Below are positions 1 to 9,471 of a stretch of 64,000 nucleotides of DNA, in pieces. The notes beneath the pieces are model-generated. The model had not been told where the DNA came from. It saw only the letters and a list, made by a program, of their open reading frames with translations, and did no database searches. Where the stretch lies: the NCBI GenBank assembly GCA_048882045.1, contig JBHLRZ010000015.1, positions 1 through 64,000 on the forward strand, read 5' to 3'. Within the stretch, counting starts at the first letter, position 1. Each line of letters begins with the position of its first letter. This DNA comes from Candidatus Thorarchaeota archaeon. Its GTDB lineage: Archaea > Asgardarchaeota > Thorarchaeia > Thorarchaeales > Thorarchaeaceae. The position numbers and the translations under genes are program-made.

Positions 1-290
1 CGTTTTACCACTGCTGGAGCTGCTCCTAGGTAGCCCATGTCTATTTGACCAGATTGAAAACCGTCCATCTCAAATCCGCCGTTGCCATAAGATACCAAGT
101 CAATGGAGATACCCTCACGTTCGAAGTATCCATTCTCTATTGCAACTCTGAGAGCTAGTTGATGGAGGTCCTTGGAAAGATAACCAATCCTGACATCAGG
201 AGTTGGAGCAGGATTCCACAGAACTACAAGTCCAACAGAAGTAATCACAATAGCAGCAACTAAAATAGCGATAGTTTGATTTCTCTCCAT
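1..290 (-). CDS. ABC transporter substrate-binding protein, NitT/TauT (NMT1/SsuA-like); runs off the window edge
   Basis: Not in ORF track; manual translation from ATG at 290: MERNQTIAILVAAIVITSVGLVVLWNPAPTPDVRIGYLSKDLHQLALRVAIENGYFEREGISIDLVSYGNGGFEMDGFQSGQIDMGYLGAAPA. N-terminal anchor plus VRIGY / GYF..EG / G.ID.GY.G..P motifs. Confidence 0.8.
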   Translation of the reverse strand, partial: MERNQTIAILVAAIVITSVGLVVLWNPAPTPDVRIGYLSKDLHQLALRVAIENGYFEREGISIDLVSYGNGGFEMDGFQSGQIDMGYLGAAPAVVK

Positions 291-394
291 TGGAGACAAC
301 CTCAATGTAGTCGACGCGAATTTACATATGAGGCTTCGGTTAGGGGCTTCCATCTCCAGCAAGTTGATTAATTAAGTGTGACAAAGAAGCTGGT

Positions 395-769
395 ATGTCG
401 CTTCGAGACCGGATTCCAGACCAGTTGAGGATTGGCGAAGATGCTATTTCAATAACAATAGAAGACGATGTTTCAGTGTATCCAACAAGTGACTACATCC
501 TCGTAGAAATATCTCATAATGCAGGAAAGATCAACATTTCAAAAATAGCGGGAACATTACAGAGTCTCGTAAAGGAAGATAACAGGTTTGTGGCTATCAG
601 AGGGTTTGGATTCAAAGGGATTGGACTTGCCGTAAGAATTGCGCACGAGCTCAAGGTGAGGGAGAGTAAATTCACCTATCTCATGACTTTCGATACATTC
701 GATGCAATAGACCCCAAGACGGACAGACCTGTGACAAGTGTCCAGATTATTGTCATGCCTCCTGAATGA
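395..769 (+). CDS. SpoVS/Alba-fold putative nucleic-acid-binding protein with N-terminal extension
   Basis: SKIAGTLQSLVKE...VAIRGFGFKGIGLAVRIA...RPVTSVQIIVMP resembles SpoVS (SVAGALAGVLRE...IQAIGAGAVNQAVKA...ERTAIKLIVEP) and Alba. Confidence 0.6.
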   Translation: MSLRDRIPDQLRIGEDAISITIEDDVSVYPTSDYILVEISHNAGKINISKIAGTLQSLVKEDNRFVAIRGFGFKGIGLAVRIAHELKVRESKFTYLMTFDTFDAIDPKTDRPVTSVQIIVMPPE

Positions 770-787
770 GCGAAGGGAGAAATTCCG

Positions 788-1360
788 ATGAAATTGATAA
801 GAGTCAAATTGTCTAAGATTCAATTCCCGGAAATTTGTCCAGTTTGCCTTGAGGAAGCTGAGGATCTTGTTTTTGTGACTGTTGCAGAAAGAGCAAGAGA
901 TGATTTTGAAGCAAGGTCATGGGGTACTGGTAGAGATAGGACTCAAATGGCACTAGATGCTGCTAGAGGAGCAACGACCTTTTCAGTTCCTACATGTATG
1001 CGGCATGGAAGTAGGAGTGTACGGTCATTCAGAAGTAAAATGATAGCTGTTATTGGATTCTTCATTATGTTCTATCCAATAATCTACTACCTCCTTTCAA
1101 TCAACCAGGCATTGAGCTATGGTAGAGATATCACACAACCTCTGACTGGTTCAATTGCAACATTCTTGGTTCTTGTTGCATTCCTAGTGTATGGTTTCTT
1201 TCCTCGTGCATTAGAACGAGCTCTGCAATTTCACGAAGTAAGTCGTGCAAAAGACCAGGCTTTCTTGTCAATCTCAAAACCGGACTATCGTTTACAATTT
1301 CTAGAATTGAATGAGATGCATTCAGACGAGGTTCATTCCCCAAGTGAAGGCAAAGACTGA
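788..1360 (+). CDS. Hypothetical 2-TM protein with Zn-ribbon (CPVC...CMRH)
   Basis: 190 aa ORF; CxxC and CxxH pairs; two hydrophobic helices. Confidence 0.65.
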   Translation: MKLIRVKLSKIQFPEICPVCLEEAEDLVFVTVAERARDDFEARSWGTGRDRTQMALDAARGATTFSVPTCMRHGSRSVRSFRSKMIAVIGFFIMFYPIIYYLLSINQALSYGRDITQPLTGSIATFLVLVAFLVYGFFPRALERALQFHEVSRAKDQAFLSISKPDYRLQFLELNEMHSDEVHSPSEGKD

Positions 1361-1416
1361 TACGTTGTTACTACATTGATAAGCTTCAAGAGGAGCTAAA
1401 CCACACGGTTGCCAGT

Positions 1417-2637
1417 TTGATGGAGGAATCTATCCTGCGGTCTGAACGAGTTCTCATAGGTCTGTTCCTATTACTGCTGATGATTATACCCAGCTTGATC
1501 ATTTTTGCAATAGGAATACAATCGCACGCCGCAGTCGTTACACAGACCAAAGCGTACAGTCCGTCACAGATAGCGAGTAATCCTATTGTAATAGACAGTG
1601 ACGCAGATTTCGCAGCATTGGGAGCGACAGGTGTCGGAACTCGTGCGGATCCATATGTCCTGGAAAACCTATACATATCCACAATTGGCACCTGCATTAC
1701 TGTGACTGGCACTACTTCATTCTTTAGGATTTACAACTGTATTCTAGAATCCGATCCTAATAGTCCTGTCATCCAATTCAATGATGTCGAAAATGGACAA
1801 ATCGTCCTCTGTGAGATTGTTGGAGGTTCCAGTGGAGTTGAGTTTCTGAGTGCGGTTGATTGCACCATTGCTAACTCAACCATCTATCAGTGTTGGTACG
1901 GTATTCGATTGAATCTGTCACAGAATTGTACGATTGCCTATTCTAGGATATTCAACAATCATCGAGGATTGTTATTTGACAGTGGAGAATTCACCCAAGT
2001 TGAAAGCAACACGATATACTCAAACAATGAGAATGGACTGGAGTTTGCATGGACTACAAACAATAACACTGTAGTTGGGAACAGGTTTGGATGGAATGGA
2101 ATGAGCGGATTCTTGCAAGAGAACGCACTCGATCATGGGGAGGACAATCATTTTGATGACGGGGTCAGTCGTGGGAATAGCTGGTCAGATTTCAATGGAA
2201 CAACGCCATATTCAATCCTGGGCACCAGTGGAAACAACGACTCATTTCCAGAACTTTTGGAAGATAATAATGTTCCATATATTTACGAACACATGGATAC
2301 AGCTATTGACGTTGAAACCACAGGGAACATATTAGCATGGATAGTAAGTGATGAATTTCCACACCAGTATAGAATAGAAATTGATGGGAACCCGTTGATT
2401 TCATCAAGTTGGAATGGAGATTCAATCAGAGTGAGTCTTGATGAACTGCCGGTTGGGAGCTACTTGTATGTTGTCACAGTGAGTGACGCTGCAGGTAACC
2501 ACGCAAATGACCAAGTCTATGTCAACGTGGTTTCATTCGTCCTAGGTGGCATTGGTACTGAACTTGTCATGATTGCGTCAGGTCTGACAGTGGCAATCTT
2601 TCTTGTGATGATGCTGATTATCAAGAAGTTGTCTTAG
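1417..2637 (+). CDS. Cell-surface NosD/CASH parallel beta-helix protein with Ig-like domain and C-terminal TM anchor
   Basis: Signal/TM, GT.ADPY.LENL motif, beta-helix repeats (GIRLNLSQNCTI, NTIYSN..NG), Ig-like Y..TVSDAAGN, TM ending KKLS. Confidence 0.8.
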   Translation: MMEESILRSERVLIGLFLLLLMIIPSLIIFAIGIQSHAAVVTQTKAYSPSQIASNPIVIDSDADFAALGATGVGTRADPYVLENLYISTIGTCITVTGTTSFFRIYNCILESDPNSPVIQFNDVENGQIVLCEIVGGSSGVEFLSAVDCTIANSTIYQCWYGIRLNLSQNCTIAYSRIFNNHRGLLFDSGEFTQVESNTIYSNNENGLEFAWTTNNNTVVGNRFGWNGMSGFLQENALDHGEDNHFDDGVSRGNSWSDFNGTTPYSILGTSGNNDSFPELLEDNNVPYIYEHMDTAIDVETTGNILAWIVSDEFPHQYRIEIDGNPLISSSWNGDSIRVSLDELPVGSYLYVVTVSDAAGNHANDQVYVNVVSFVLGGIGTELVMIASGLTVAIFLVMMLIIKKLS

Positions 2638-2781
2638 TATAATTCGGGATTCGTCGATTCTATCTTGCTTGGAAAGTAAGCCTATTAATGCTAAATTCAT
2701 CGTATAAGGACAATTTCCGTTCCAAGTCGAGTTCGACCGGCAATTGGGATGAAAGATATATTGCGTTCTCCTCACAACGTA

Positions 2782-2827
2782 GGGTGGAGAGCGGTCGAAA
2801 TGTGCACGCGCACATTCTCTCCCACCC
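2782..2827. promoter_or_regulatory. Extended stem-loop/palindrome upstream of por operon
   Basis: GGGTGGAGAG...CTCTCCCACCC outer stem; perfect inner AATGTGC-acgc-GCACATT. Confidence 0.45.
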
Positions 2828-2913
2828 GATTACATTTTGTCACGCCAGTAAATACATAAGTCTCCCTCAGCGAGCCTCCCGTGCATACTCTCCCAATGTA
2901 GGTGAGATTGATT

Positions 2914-3489
2914 ATGGCGATGGATTTCGCAAAAGGAATTACTGAATTTCGCTGGCACGGTCGCGGTGGCCAGGGCGTGGTCACTAGCAACCAGATGCTC
3001 GGCAAAGCAGCCCTCGCTGAAGGCAACTATATTCAGGCCTTTCCAGAGTTTGGTCCGGAAAGGACTGGTGCGCCAGTCAGGGCGTTCTTGAGAATCAGTA
3101 AGGAACCGATCCAGGTATATGCGCAGGTATACAATCCGGATGTTGTGGTCTGTATTGATCCAACCTTACTTGATGTTGTAAACCCTGCTGAGGGTTTGAA
3201 GGAAGATGGCACGCTAGTGGTCAACAGTGACAAAGATCCCCAGACAATCAGGGACAAGCTTGGTTTCAAAGGTGGAAAGGTTGTCACAATTGATGCCAGC
3301 ACCATTGCGATGGAGGTCATGGGGCGACCATTCTATAACATGCCGACCATGGCTGCAGCAGTAAAAGCCACAGGTATAGTGGCAGTTGAAACTGTAATCA
3401 AAGAGGTCCTAGAGAGATACCCTGGCAAGGTTGGAGACCTAAACAAGGTAGCAATTGAAAGAGCTGTAGAGGAGGCTAAGGTCGGATGA
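2914..3489 (+). CDS. porC: Pyruvate/2-ketoisovalerate:ferredoxin oxidoreductase gamma subunit
   Basis: EFRWHGRGGQGVVT, FPEFGPERTGAPVRAF; ATG 2914 follows GGTGAG RBS. Confidence 0.93.
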   Translation: MAMDFAKGITEFRWHGRGGQGVVTSNQMLGKAALAEGNYIQAFPEFGPERTGAPVRAFLRISKEPIQVYAQVYNPDVVVCIDPTLLDVVNPAEGLKEDGTLVVNSDKDPQTIRDKLGFKGGKVVTIDASTIAMEVMGRPFYNMPTMAAAVKATGIVAVETVIKEVLERYPGKVGDLNKVAIERAVEEAKVG

Positions 3490-3782
3490 GTGAGAAGTAC
3501 GACGAGATACCAATTGCTGGTAATATTATAGAGCCGGGCAATTCCAAGAAGTACCTGACTGGTGGTTGGCGTGCAGAACGTCCAATCCTCAGCGACGAGA
3601 AGTGCCTTTGGATAAAGAATGGCACATGTGGTCGGTGTTGGATCTTCTGTCCAGATATGGCAGTTATTCTTACCGAGAAGGATGGAAAGCACGCTTTTGC
3701 ATTCAACTATGACTACTGCAAAGGGTGTGGAATATGTGCCACTGAATGCCCTACTGACGCAATTCATATGGAGAAGGAGTGA
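3486..3782 (+). CDS. porD: 2-oxoacid:ferredoxin oxidoreductase delta subunit (2x[4Fe-4S])
   Basis: TGGWR..RP, CGRCWIFCPD, YDYCKGCGICATECP. Confidence 0.93.
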   Translation: MSEKYDEIPIAGNIIEPGNSKKYLTGGWRAERPILSDEKCLWIKNGTCGRCWIFCPDMAVILTEKDGKHAFAFNYDYCKGCGICATECPTDAIHMEKE

Positions 3783-4981
3783 GTGAAATGAGTGTACCTA
3801 AAGACAAGATCACTGTTGAAGGTCTGACGGGTGATGCAGCAATCGCTCATGCACTAAAGCAGGCAGACCTTGACGTTCTAGCAGCATATCCAATCACACC
3901 TCAGACCATCATTGTGGAGGACTACCAGAGATTTGCTGCAGACGGTGAGGTCAAGGCACATGTCATTCCAGTGGAGTCTGAGCACTCTGCCATGAGCGCA
4001 TGTGTTGGAGCCTCAGCTGTAGGAGGTAGAGTAGCAACTGCCTCAGCATCAGCTGGACTAGCGCTGATGTGGGAGATCCTCTACTGTGCCGCTTCAATGA
4101 GAATGCCAATTGTCTTCACAGTAGCCAACCGTGCATTATCGGGTCCAATCAATATTCACAACGACCACTCAGATGGAATGGGAATGCGCGACAGCGGATT
4201 CATCCAGCTCTACTGTCAGAGCTCACAGGAAGCCTATGACACAACAATAATGGCTTTCAAACTTGCAGAGCGACACGATGTACTCCTTCCAGTGATGGTC
4301 GGAATTGACGGGTTCATTGTAAGCCACAATGTCGAAAGAGTTGAGATGCTCCCAGACGATGTGGTTACCAAATTCCTTGGAGTACGTGAGCCATTCATCT
4401 CGCTTGATCCTGACAACCCCATTACTATGGGACCCCTAGCCTTGACTGACTACTACTTCGAGTTCAAGGAGCAGCAGGATGAGGCCATCATGGGAGTACC
4501 CAAAGCCTACAAAGAGGTCGAAGAGGAGTTCGCCAAGCTAACAGGTCGGAAGTATGGGCTCTTTGAAACCTACAAGACAGATGATGCTGACATCATCATC
4601 ATTGCGATGAGCTCTATGGGAGGAACTGCCAAGGTTGTTGCCGATGCATTGCGAGAGAAGGGTGACAAGGTTGGTGTTGTTCGACTCAAGATGTTCAGAC
4701 CGTTCCCAGCTAAGGAGATTGCCAAGGCTGTAGGAAAAGCGAAAGCTGTGGTTGTCTTTGAGAAGGCGATGTCCTTTGGAGCTGCAACGCATCCACTAGC
4801 TCTGGAGGTCAGGACTGCACTCTACGACTCCGAGAAGAGACCAATGGTTGTTGATTTTGTAGTGGGGCTTGGTGGTCGTGATGTACCACCTATGACTTTC
4901 GTTGAGGGAATTGAGAAGACAAAGGAGTATCTCAAAAAGGGTGAAGCTCCAATGTATGAAACTTTGGGGGTGCGTAAGTAA
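3779..4981 (+). CDS. porA: 2-oxoacid:ferredoxin oxidoreductase alpha subunit
   Basis: AAYPITPQT, VESEHSAMSAC, NRALSGPINIHNDHSD, FRPFP, GLGGRD. Confidence 0.95.
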   Translation: MSEMSVPKDKITVEGLTGDAAIAHALKQADLDVLAAYPITPQTIIVEDYQRFAADGEVKAHVIPVESEHSAMSACVGASAVGGRVATASASAGLALMWEILYCAASMRMPIVFTVANRALSGPINIHNDHSDGMGMRDSGFIQLYCQSSQEAYDTTIMAFKLAERHDVLLPVMVGIDGFIVSHNVERVEMLPDDVVTKFLGVREPFISLDPDNPITMGPLALTDYYFEFKEQQDEAIMGVPKAYKEVEEEFAKLTGRKYGLFETYKTDDADIIIIAMSSMGGTAKVVADALREKGDKVGVVRLKMFRPFPAKEIAKAVGKAKAVVVFEKAMSFGAATHPLALEVRTALYDSEKRPMVVDFVVGLGGRDVPPMTFVEGIEKTKEYLKKGEAPMYETLGVRK

Positions 4982-5940
4982 TGAGTGACAAACCAGCAGT
5001 TTCTATCAAGGACATGCTTCAGCGTGAGCCTATTCTGAGTTCTGGACACAGGATGTGTGCAGGGTGCGCTGCGCCGCCCGTGGTCAAGTTAATGGGAATG
5101 GCACTCCGCGGCCCCACCATAGTATGCAACAGCACAGGTTGCCTCGAGGTTGCTACGACAATCTATCCGTATACAGCGTGGAAGATTCCATGGATTCACG
5201 TTGCGTTCGAGAACTCGGCAGCCGTGGCGTCTGGAGCCCTAGAGGCAATCAATGCAATGCGTGAGAAAGGCCGCTACAAGCACGAGCATGTTGACGTGAT
5301 TGCCATCGGTGGTGACGGCGGCACGTTCGACATAGGATTTGGTGCAATCAGTGGAGCACTCGAACGAGGTCATGATTTTGTATACATGTGCTATGACAAC
5401 GGAGCCTACCAGAACACAGGAATCCAAAGATCAGGTGCTACATTCACTGGGCAAGAGACTACAACATCTTGGGCAGGAGAGGTGATTCCAGGAAAACTAG
5501 AGCGCAAGAAACCACTAGCCCAGATTATTGCAGCCCACAAGATTCCCTATGTTGCCACGGCAGAACCTTCCAATTATCGTGATTTCATCACCAAGTTCCG
5601 TAAGGCGTTGGAGGTTGAGGGACCAGCATTTGTGCATGCCTTCTCACCGTGTCCCAGAGGATGGCGGTCACCTTCAGGAGATAGTATCTCACTTTCCAGA
5701 TTGGCTGTTGAAACCGGTCTTCATCCACTATATGAGGTCATCGATGGAGAAGAGTGGATCATGTCAGGGGCAAGCAAGAGGGTTGCAGATGCAGGTCTGA
5801 AACCTGTTGATGAGTACTTCAAGACTCAGGGGCAATTCAAACACCTCTTCAGACCAGAGTGGGAAGACTTCAGAAAGAGAATCCAGGAACAGGTCAACCA
5901 TGACTGGGAGCTCTTGAAGAAGCGCTGTGGTGTAGAATAA
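4981..5940 (+). CDS. porB: 2-oxoacid:ferredoxin oxidoreductase beta subunit (TPP-binding)
   Basis: GHRMCAGC, TGCLEV, GGDGG, YDNGAYQNTGIQRS, SPCPRGW. Confidence 0.95.
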   Translation: MSDKPAVSIKDMLQREPILSSGHRMCAGCAAPPVVKLMGMALRGPTIVCNSTGCLEVATTIYPYTAWKIPWIHVAFENSAAVASGALEAINAMREKGRYKHEHVDVIAIGGDGGTFDIGFGAISGALERGHDFVYMCYDNGAYQNTGIQRSGATFTGQETTTSWAGEVIPGKLERKKPLAQIIAAHKIPYVATAEPSNYRDFITKFRKALEVEGPAFVHAFSPCPRGWRSPSGDSISLSRLAVETGLHPLYEVIDGEEWIMSGASKRVADAGLKPVDEYFKTQGQFKHLFRPEWEDFRKRIQEQVNHDWELLKKRCGVE

Positions 5941-5946
5941 ATCAGA

Positions 5947-6897
5947 CTAAGACTGGAGCTTTGTAGCTCCAGTTCGTTCTTCTTTCAATGGATTTTCCTG
6001 AGGATAGAGGACTGCCTCTTTCAATCTTACAAGTGTGTATGTTGTCTTTGTCCTACCTGTATAGGTCAGAAGAGGATATTCCTTTGCCAGATGAAATCTA
6101 AGTGGGAAGGGAAACTCCGAATGTAACTGACTCAATATCTCATTCATAACATCCTCGAAGTGAACTGTGTCAGATACATGTATATCTTGAATCCATTTTT
6201 CATCGAGTAAGGGCATGTCCTTGATTACATATTGGAAATAGTAGTACGATGTATAAAAGATGAGTGAGAGGGGCACAATGCCAAATCCTGTCAGTACATA
6301 AACTGTAAAATCTGAAAACATCCAAAATAGTAAGATGATTGAGGTCAGTAGGAAAAAGGCGGAACATCGAAATGTCTCTCGTTTCATCCTATGTATATCA
6401 GACTTGATTTCACTGATAGTAGAGGAAGGCCATAAGAACAAACCAGTAGTCGATCTAATGAACCGAAGATAGTTTCTCTCTTTCATTCCCAGATTGTAAC
6501 TGGCATCAACGCGCTTTTCGTAATATGGAGCGGGGGATTCCAAATCATCCGGTTGTACAATTCGAGAATCGAGAAACATGATTGCATCAGTGATTGTGTT
6601 TCTATTGAGTCCATTGTAGCAATACTGTTTCAGTTGCGAACGATGCATCACATATGCTCTGAATAGTAGTATAATGCCGAGCAAAGATGCTGCTATACCC
6701 AGAATTTGAATTGGACCGAATGCGAAATTCGTTAGTAACCAAGGGAACCATCCAAAGAGGGCTAAGAATATCCCTATTGGCAGGTCAGAACGATGGTAAA
6801 ACTCCTCTTCATATACAGAGGGATATTCTTTTTCAAGCCACCTTTCGAACTTGGGAAACCGTTTGTCACCTTCCACCACGAATCTCCACATATCCAT
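5947..6897 (-). CDS. Hypothetical membrane protein (about 4 TM, two hairpins)
   Basis: 316 aa ORF with two pairs of hydrophobic helices. Confidence 0.65.
   Translation of the reverse strand: MDMWRFVVEGDKRFPKFERWLEKEYPSVYEEEFYHRSDLPIGIFLALFGWFPWLLTNFAFGPIQILGIAASLLGIILLFRAYVMHRSQLKQYCYNGLNRNTITDAIMFLDSRIVQPDDLESPAPYYEKRVDASYNLGMKERNYLRFIRSTTGLFLWPSSTISEIKSDIHRMKRETFRCSAFFLLTSIILLFWMFSDFTVYVLTGFGIVPLSLIFYTSYYYFQYVIKDMPLLDEKWIQDIHVSDTVHFEDVMNEILSQLHSEFPFPLRFHLAKEYPLLTYTGRTKTTYTLVRLKEAVLYPQENPLKEERTGATKLQS
5952..5986 (+). terminator. Hairpin plus T-rich tract after porB, overlapping the 3' end of the convergent gene
   Basis: ACTGGAGCT-ttgt-AGCTCCAGT followed by tcgttcttctttc. Confidence 0.55.
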
Positions 6898-6982
6898 TTA
6901 TTGGGCAACTTAAACCTCTTTTTGTCGATGGATATATCTGGATGAGTATCAGACTTTCTCAGTTATTCAATGGTGTTCTCTG

Positions 6983-8224
6983 ATGAAGGCAATAATGTAT
7001 GACCTCAATATCAGCAAGGTAGTTCGGAAGAAGATGAAACTTGCAGGAAAATACACAATGATCAAGTATAGAGGAGACTGGCCTAGACCTACAATCAAGC
7101 ACCCTCGGCAAGTTTTGGTCAGACCTGTCATGGCAGGAATATGCGCATCCGATATCCATCAAATCAATGTCAACGTTTCCTACTCGGCTACAATTCTGGC
7201 TAGAAAGGACAGCCCATTTCCTCTTGGTCATGAGGTCGTAGGGATAGTGGAAGAGGTCGGAGGGGAGGTGGAGAATCTCAAGGTCGGAGACCGTGTGGGC
7301 CATTCTCCTGTTGTTTCATGCGAATGCTATGGGTTTGAACTATGTGAGAGTTGTCAATCTGGTAGACCAGAAACCTGTCAGGCAATTGTCGGAATCGGTG
7401 ATGACTCCCCACTCGAGGAGCAATATGGTGGACGGTTTAAGTTTGGTGGATTTGGAAGTGGCGCTTTCAGTGAACTTTTCGTGACCTATGCAGGTCAGCT
7501 CCAGAAGGTTCCTGATGGAGTCCCAGAAGAACAGGGCCTCCTTGCAGAGCCTCTCGCGGTGGCGATTCATTCGGTAAAACGGAAGCAACCATCAGATGAT
7601 GATAAGGTCGTTGTCATTGGCGCAGGAATCATTGGATTGATGGTAGTGAAAGCGATCAGAGGACTTGGGTCCAAGTGTAAGATCATTGTTGTTGCCAAAT
7701 ACCCATTCCAAGAAAAAGCAGCAAAGCAGCTAGGCGCTGACATGATCATAATTGAGAAGGACACAGATGTCCTGTACCAAAGAGTTGCCGAGAGTACAGG
7801 TGGGCATCTGCTCAAACCAGCTCGAGGGAATAGAGTCCTCTACGGAGGTTCTGGACCTGATATCATATTTGATACTGTGGGCAATGATGCAACTTTGGAT
7901 GACTCGCTACACCTAATCAGGAACAATGGGACGCTCGTGATAGTGGGAATGGACTTCGGAAAAACCAAGAAGACTGACTGGATTCTAATAGTCTACAAAC
8001 AGGTGAACATTCTTGGTACAATGATGCATGGACTGGAAGACCACGATGGTAAACTTATAGACACCCTAGAACTTGCCTTTGATATGATTAAAACAGACCC
8101 ATCACTTCTCGAAGGGCTTGTCACTCACAAGTATACAATTGATAAGTATAAGACTGCATTTGATGTGGCTGCAAACAAGGGAAAGCACAGCGCTATCAAG
8201 GTCGCTTTTGATTTCAGGAAGTGA
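6983..8224 (+). CDS. Zn-dependent alcohol dehydrogenase (MDR family)
   Basis: GICASD, GHEVVG, structural Zn cysteines, EPLAVAIH, VIGAGIIGL. Confidence 0.92.
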   Translation: MKAIMYDLNISKVVRKKMKLAGKYTMIKYRGDWPRPTIKHPRQVLVRPVMAGICASDIHQINVNVSYSATILARKDSPFPLGHEVVGIVEEVGGEVENLKVGDRVGHSPVVSCECYGFELCESCQSGRPETCQAIVGIGDDSPLEEQYGGRFKFGGFGSGAFSELFVTYAGQLQKVPDGVPEEQGLLAEPLAVAIHSVKRKQPSDDDKVVVIGAGIIGLMVVKAIRGLGSKCKIIVVAKYPFQEKAAKQLGADMIIIEKDTDVLYQRVAESTGGHLLKPARGNRVLYGGSGPDIIFDTVGNDATLDDSLHLIRNNGTLVIVGMDFGKTKKTDWILIVYKQVNILGTMMHGLEDHDGKLIDTLELAFDMIKTDPSLLEGLVTHKYTIDKYKTAFDVAANKGKHSAIKVAFDFRK

Positions 8225-8230
8225 GAGATC

Positions 8231-9031
8231 ATGATTTTTGATATTGGCCGACCACTGATCATGGCTCATCGAGGTGAGTCGGGCAATGTGCCAGAGAACA
8301 CCATGCTTGCGCTTGAGTCTGCACTGAAGATTGGAGTGGATGTGCTGGAGTCTGACATTCGCTTCACGAAGGACAACATTCCTATTCTGTTTCACGATGA
8401 TGACCTGGAAAGAACCACTGGAGTCAAAGGATCAGTCAGAGACAAGACACTCGATGAGCTCCTTCAGATTGACCTCGGATACAGTTTCACAACTGACATT
8501 GGACAGACATATCCATATCGAGGACAAGGTTTGAAGGTCGTGACGTTGGAGGAGGCACTTCAGAAATTTCCTGATACCATTCTCAATCTGGACATCAAAG
8601 ACACTTTCAGCAAGGCACCTAAAGAGGTAGCTCGAGTTCTGCAAGAGAATCAAAGAACCGAGAACATAATGATTGCCTCCTTTCATCCTCCTCAATTGAA
8701 ACGCTTCAGAGAGAGTGCACCAATGATCCCTACATCTGCTCATCCCAATGAGGTTCGAAACTTTGTGATTGGAGTTAGGATGAGGACGATGAGATTCTTT
8801 GTCCGATCTGTAGCGTACAAGGCTTTCCAGATACCAGAAAGGAGTGGTGGACTTCAAATCGTCACACCTCGGTTTGTCACTGCTGCTCATGAGAGAGATC
8901 TCGCGGTCCATGTCTGGACCATCAATGACAAGGAGGGCATGGAACGACTTCTCAATATGGAAGTGAACGGCATCTTTACTGACTATCCAACCCTTCTTCG
9001 CGAAGTGCTTTCGGAACATGGTTATCTATGA
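8231..9031 (+). CDS. Glycerophosphodiester phosphodiesterase
   Basis: AHRG...PENT, ESDIRFTKD, HD..LERTT, VHVWTIND, GIFTDYP. Confidence 0.93.
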   Translation: MIFDIGRPLIMAHRGESGNVPENTMLALESALKIGVDVLESDIRFTKDNIPILFHDDDLERTTGVKGSVRDKTLDELLQIDLGYSFTTDIGQTYPYRGQGLKVVTLEEALQKFPDTILNLDIKDTFSKAPKEVARVLQENQRTENIMIASFHPPQLKRFRESAPMIPTSAHPNEVRNFVIGVRMRTMRFFVRSVAYKAFQIPERSGGLQIVTPRFVTAAHERDLAVHVWTINDKEGMERLLNMEVNGIFTDYPTLLREVLSEHGYL

Positions 9032-9155
9032 AACGAGAATAGGTCTACTAGAAGGCAACAACCGAAATAGCTTAATATGTGCCGAAAGGGTGGTCCCAAT
9101 AATAGTCCTGGGACTGTGGGACCGTGGACTAATGACCAATTTGGAAGTATGTGCA

Positions 9156-9293
9156 ATGACCTGTCCAGAATACAATGCGGCCGATGGGAAATGCGGTGTT
9201 GATGGCTTCAAGTTCTATACTGGGATGCAGAAACCCTGTGAGACCCCCGGTATAAGCAAGGACAAATGTCCAAGGTTTGCCATGACAGGCTAA
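9156..9293 (+). CDS. Small Cys-rich protein (45 aa)
   Basis: MTCPEYNAADGKCGVDGFKFYTGMQKPCETPGISKDKCPRFAMTG; 4 Cys; followed by a terminator-like hairpin. Confidence 0.55.
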   Translation: MTCPEYNAADGKCGVDGFKFYTGMQKPCETPGISKDKCPRFAMTG

Positions 9294-9319
9294 AAGTTTC
9301 CTTTTCGCCATATGGAGTT

Positions 9320-9357
9320 GGGCAGCTCTGTCTGCCCACTACAGTTTCTTCTTTTCC
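9320..9357 (+). terminator. Hairpin plus T-rich tract after small Cys-rich ORF
   Basis: TGGGCAG-ctctgt-CTGCCCA then tttcttcttttcc. Confidence 0.45.
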
Positions 9358-9471
9358 ACTCAGCACACCTACCTTTTTCCAATTTGTTCATTAGCTCGTT
9401 AAATTGATAAGAAGGATATGTTGGTGTTTAGCTTAGTTACTGTGTGGAAAGGAGGTATAAGAACGAAGAAG

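Noticed and set aside
2782-2827. Hairpin as a SECIS element or tRNA
   Set aside because: No in-frame TGA candidate in neighbouring genes, no tandem GA core and no cloverleaf.
2688-2945. 85-aa ORF upstream of porC and other short antisense or overlapping ORFs in the track
   Set aside because: No recognisable motifs; they overlap regulatory DNA or well-supported genes and look like shadow ORFs.
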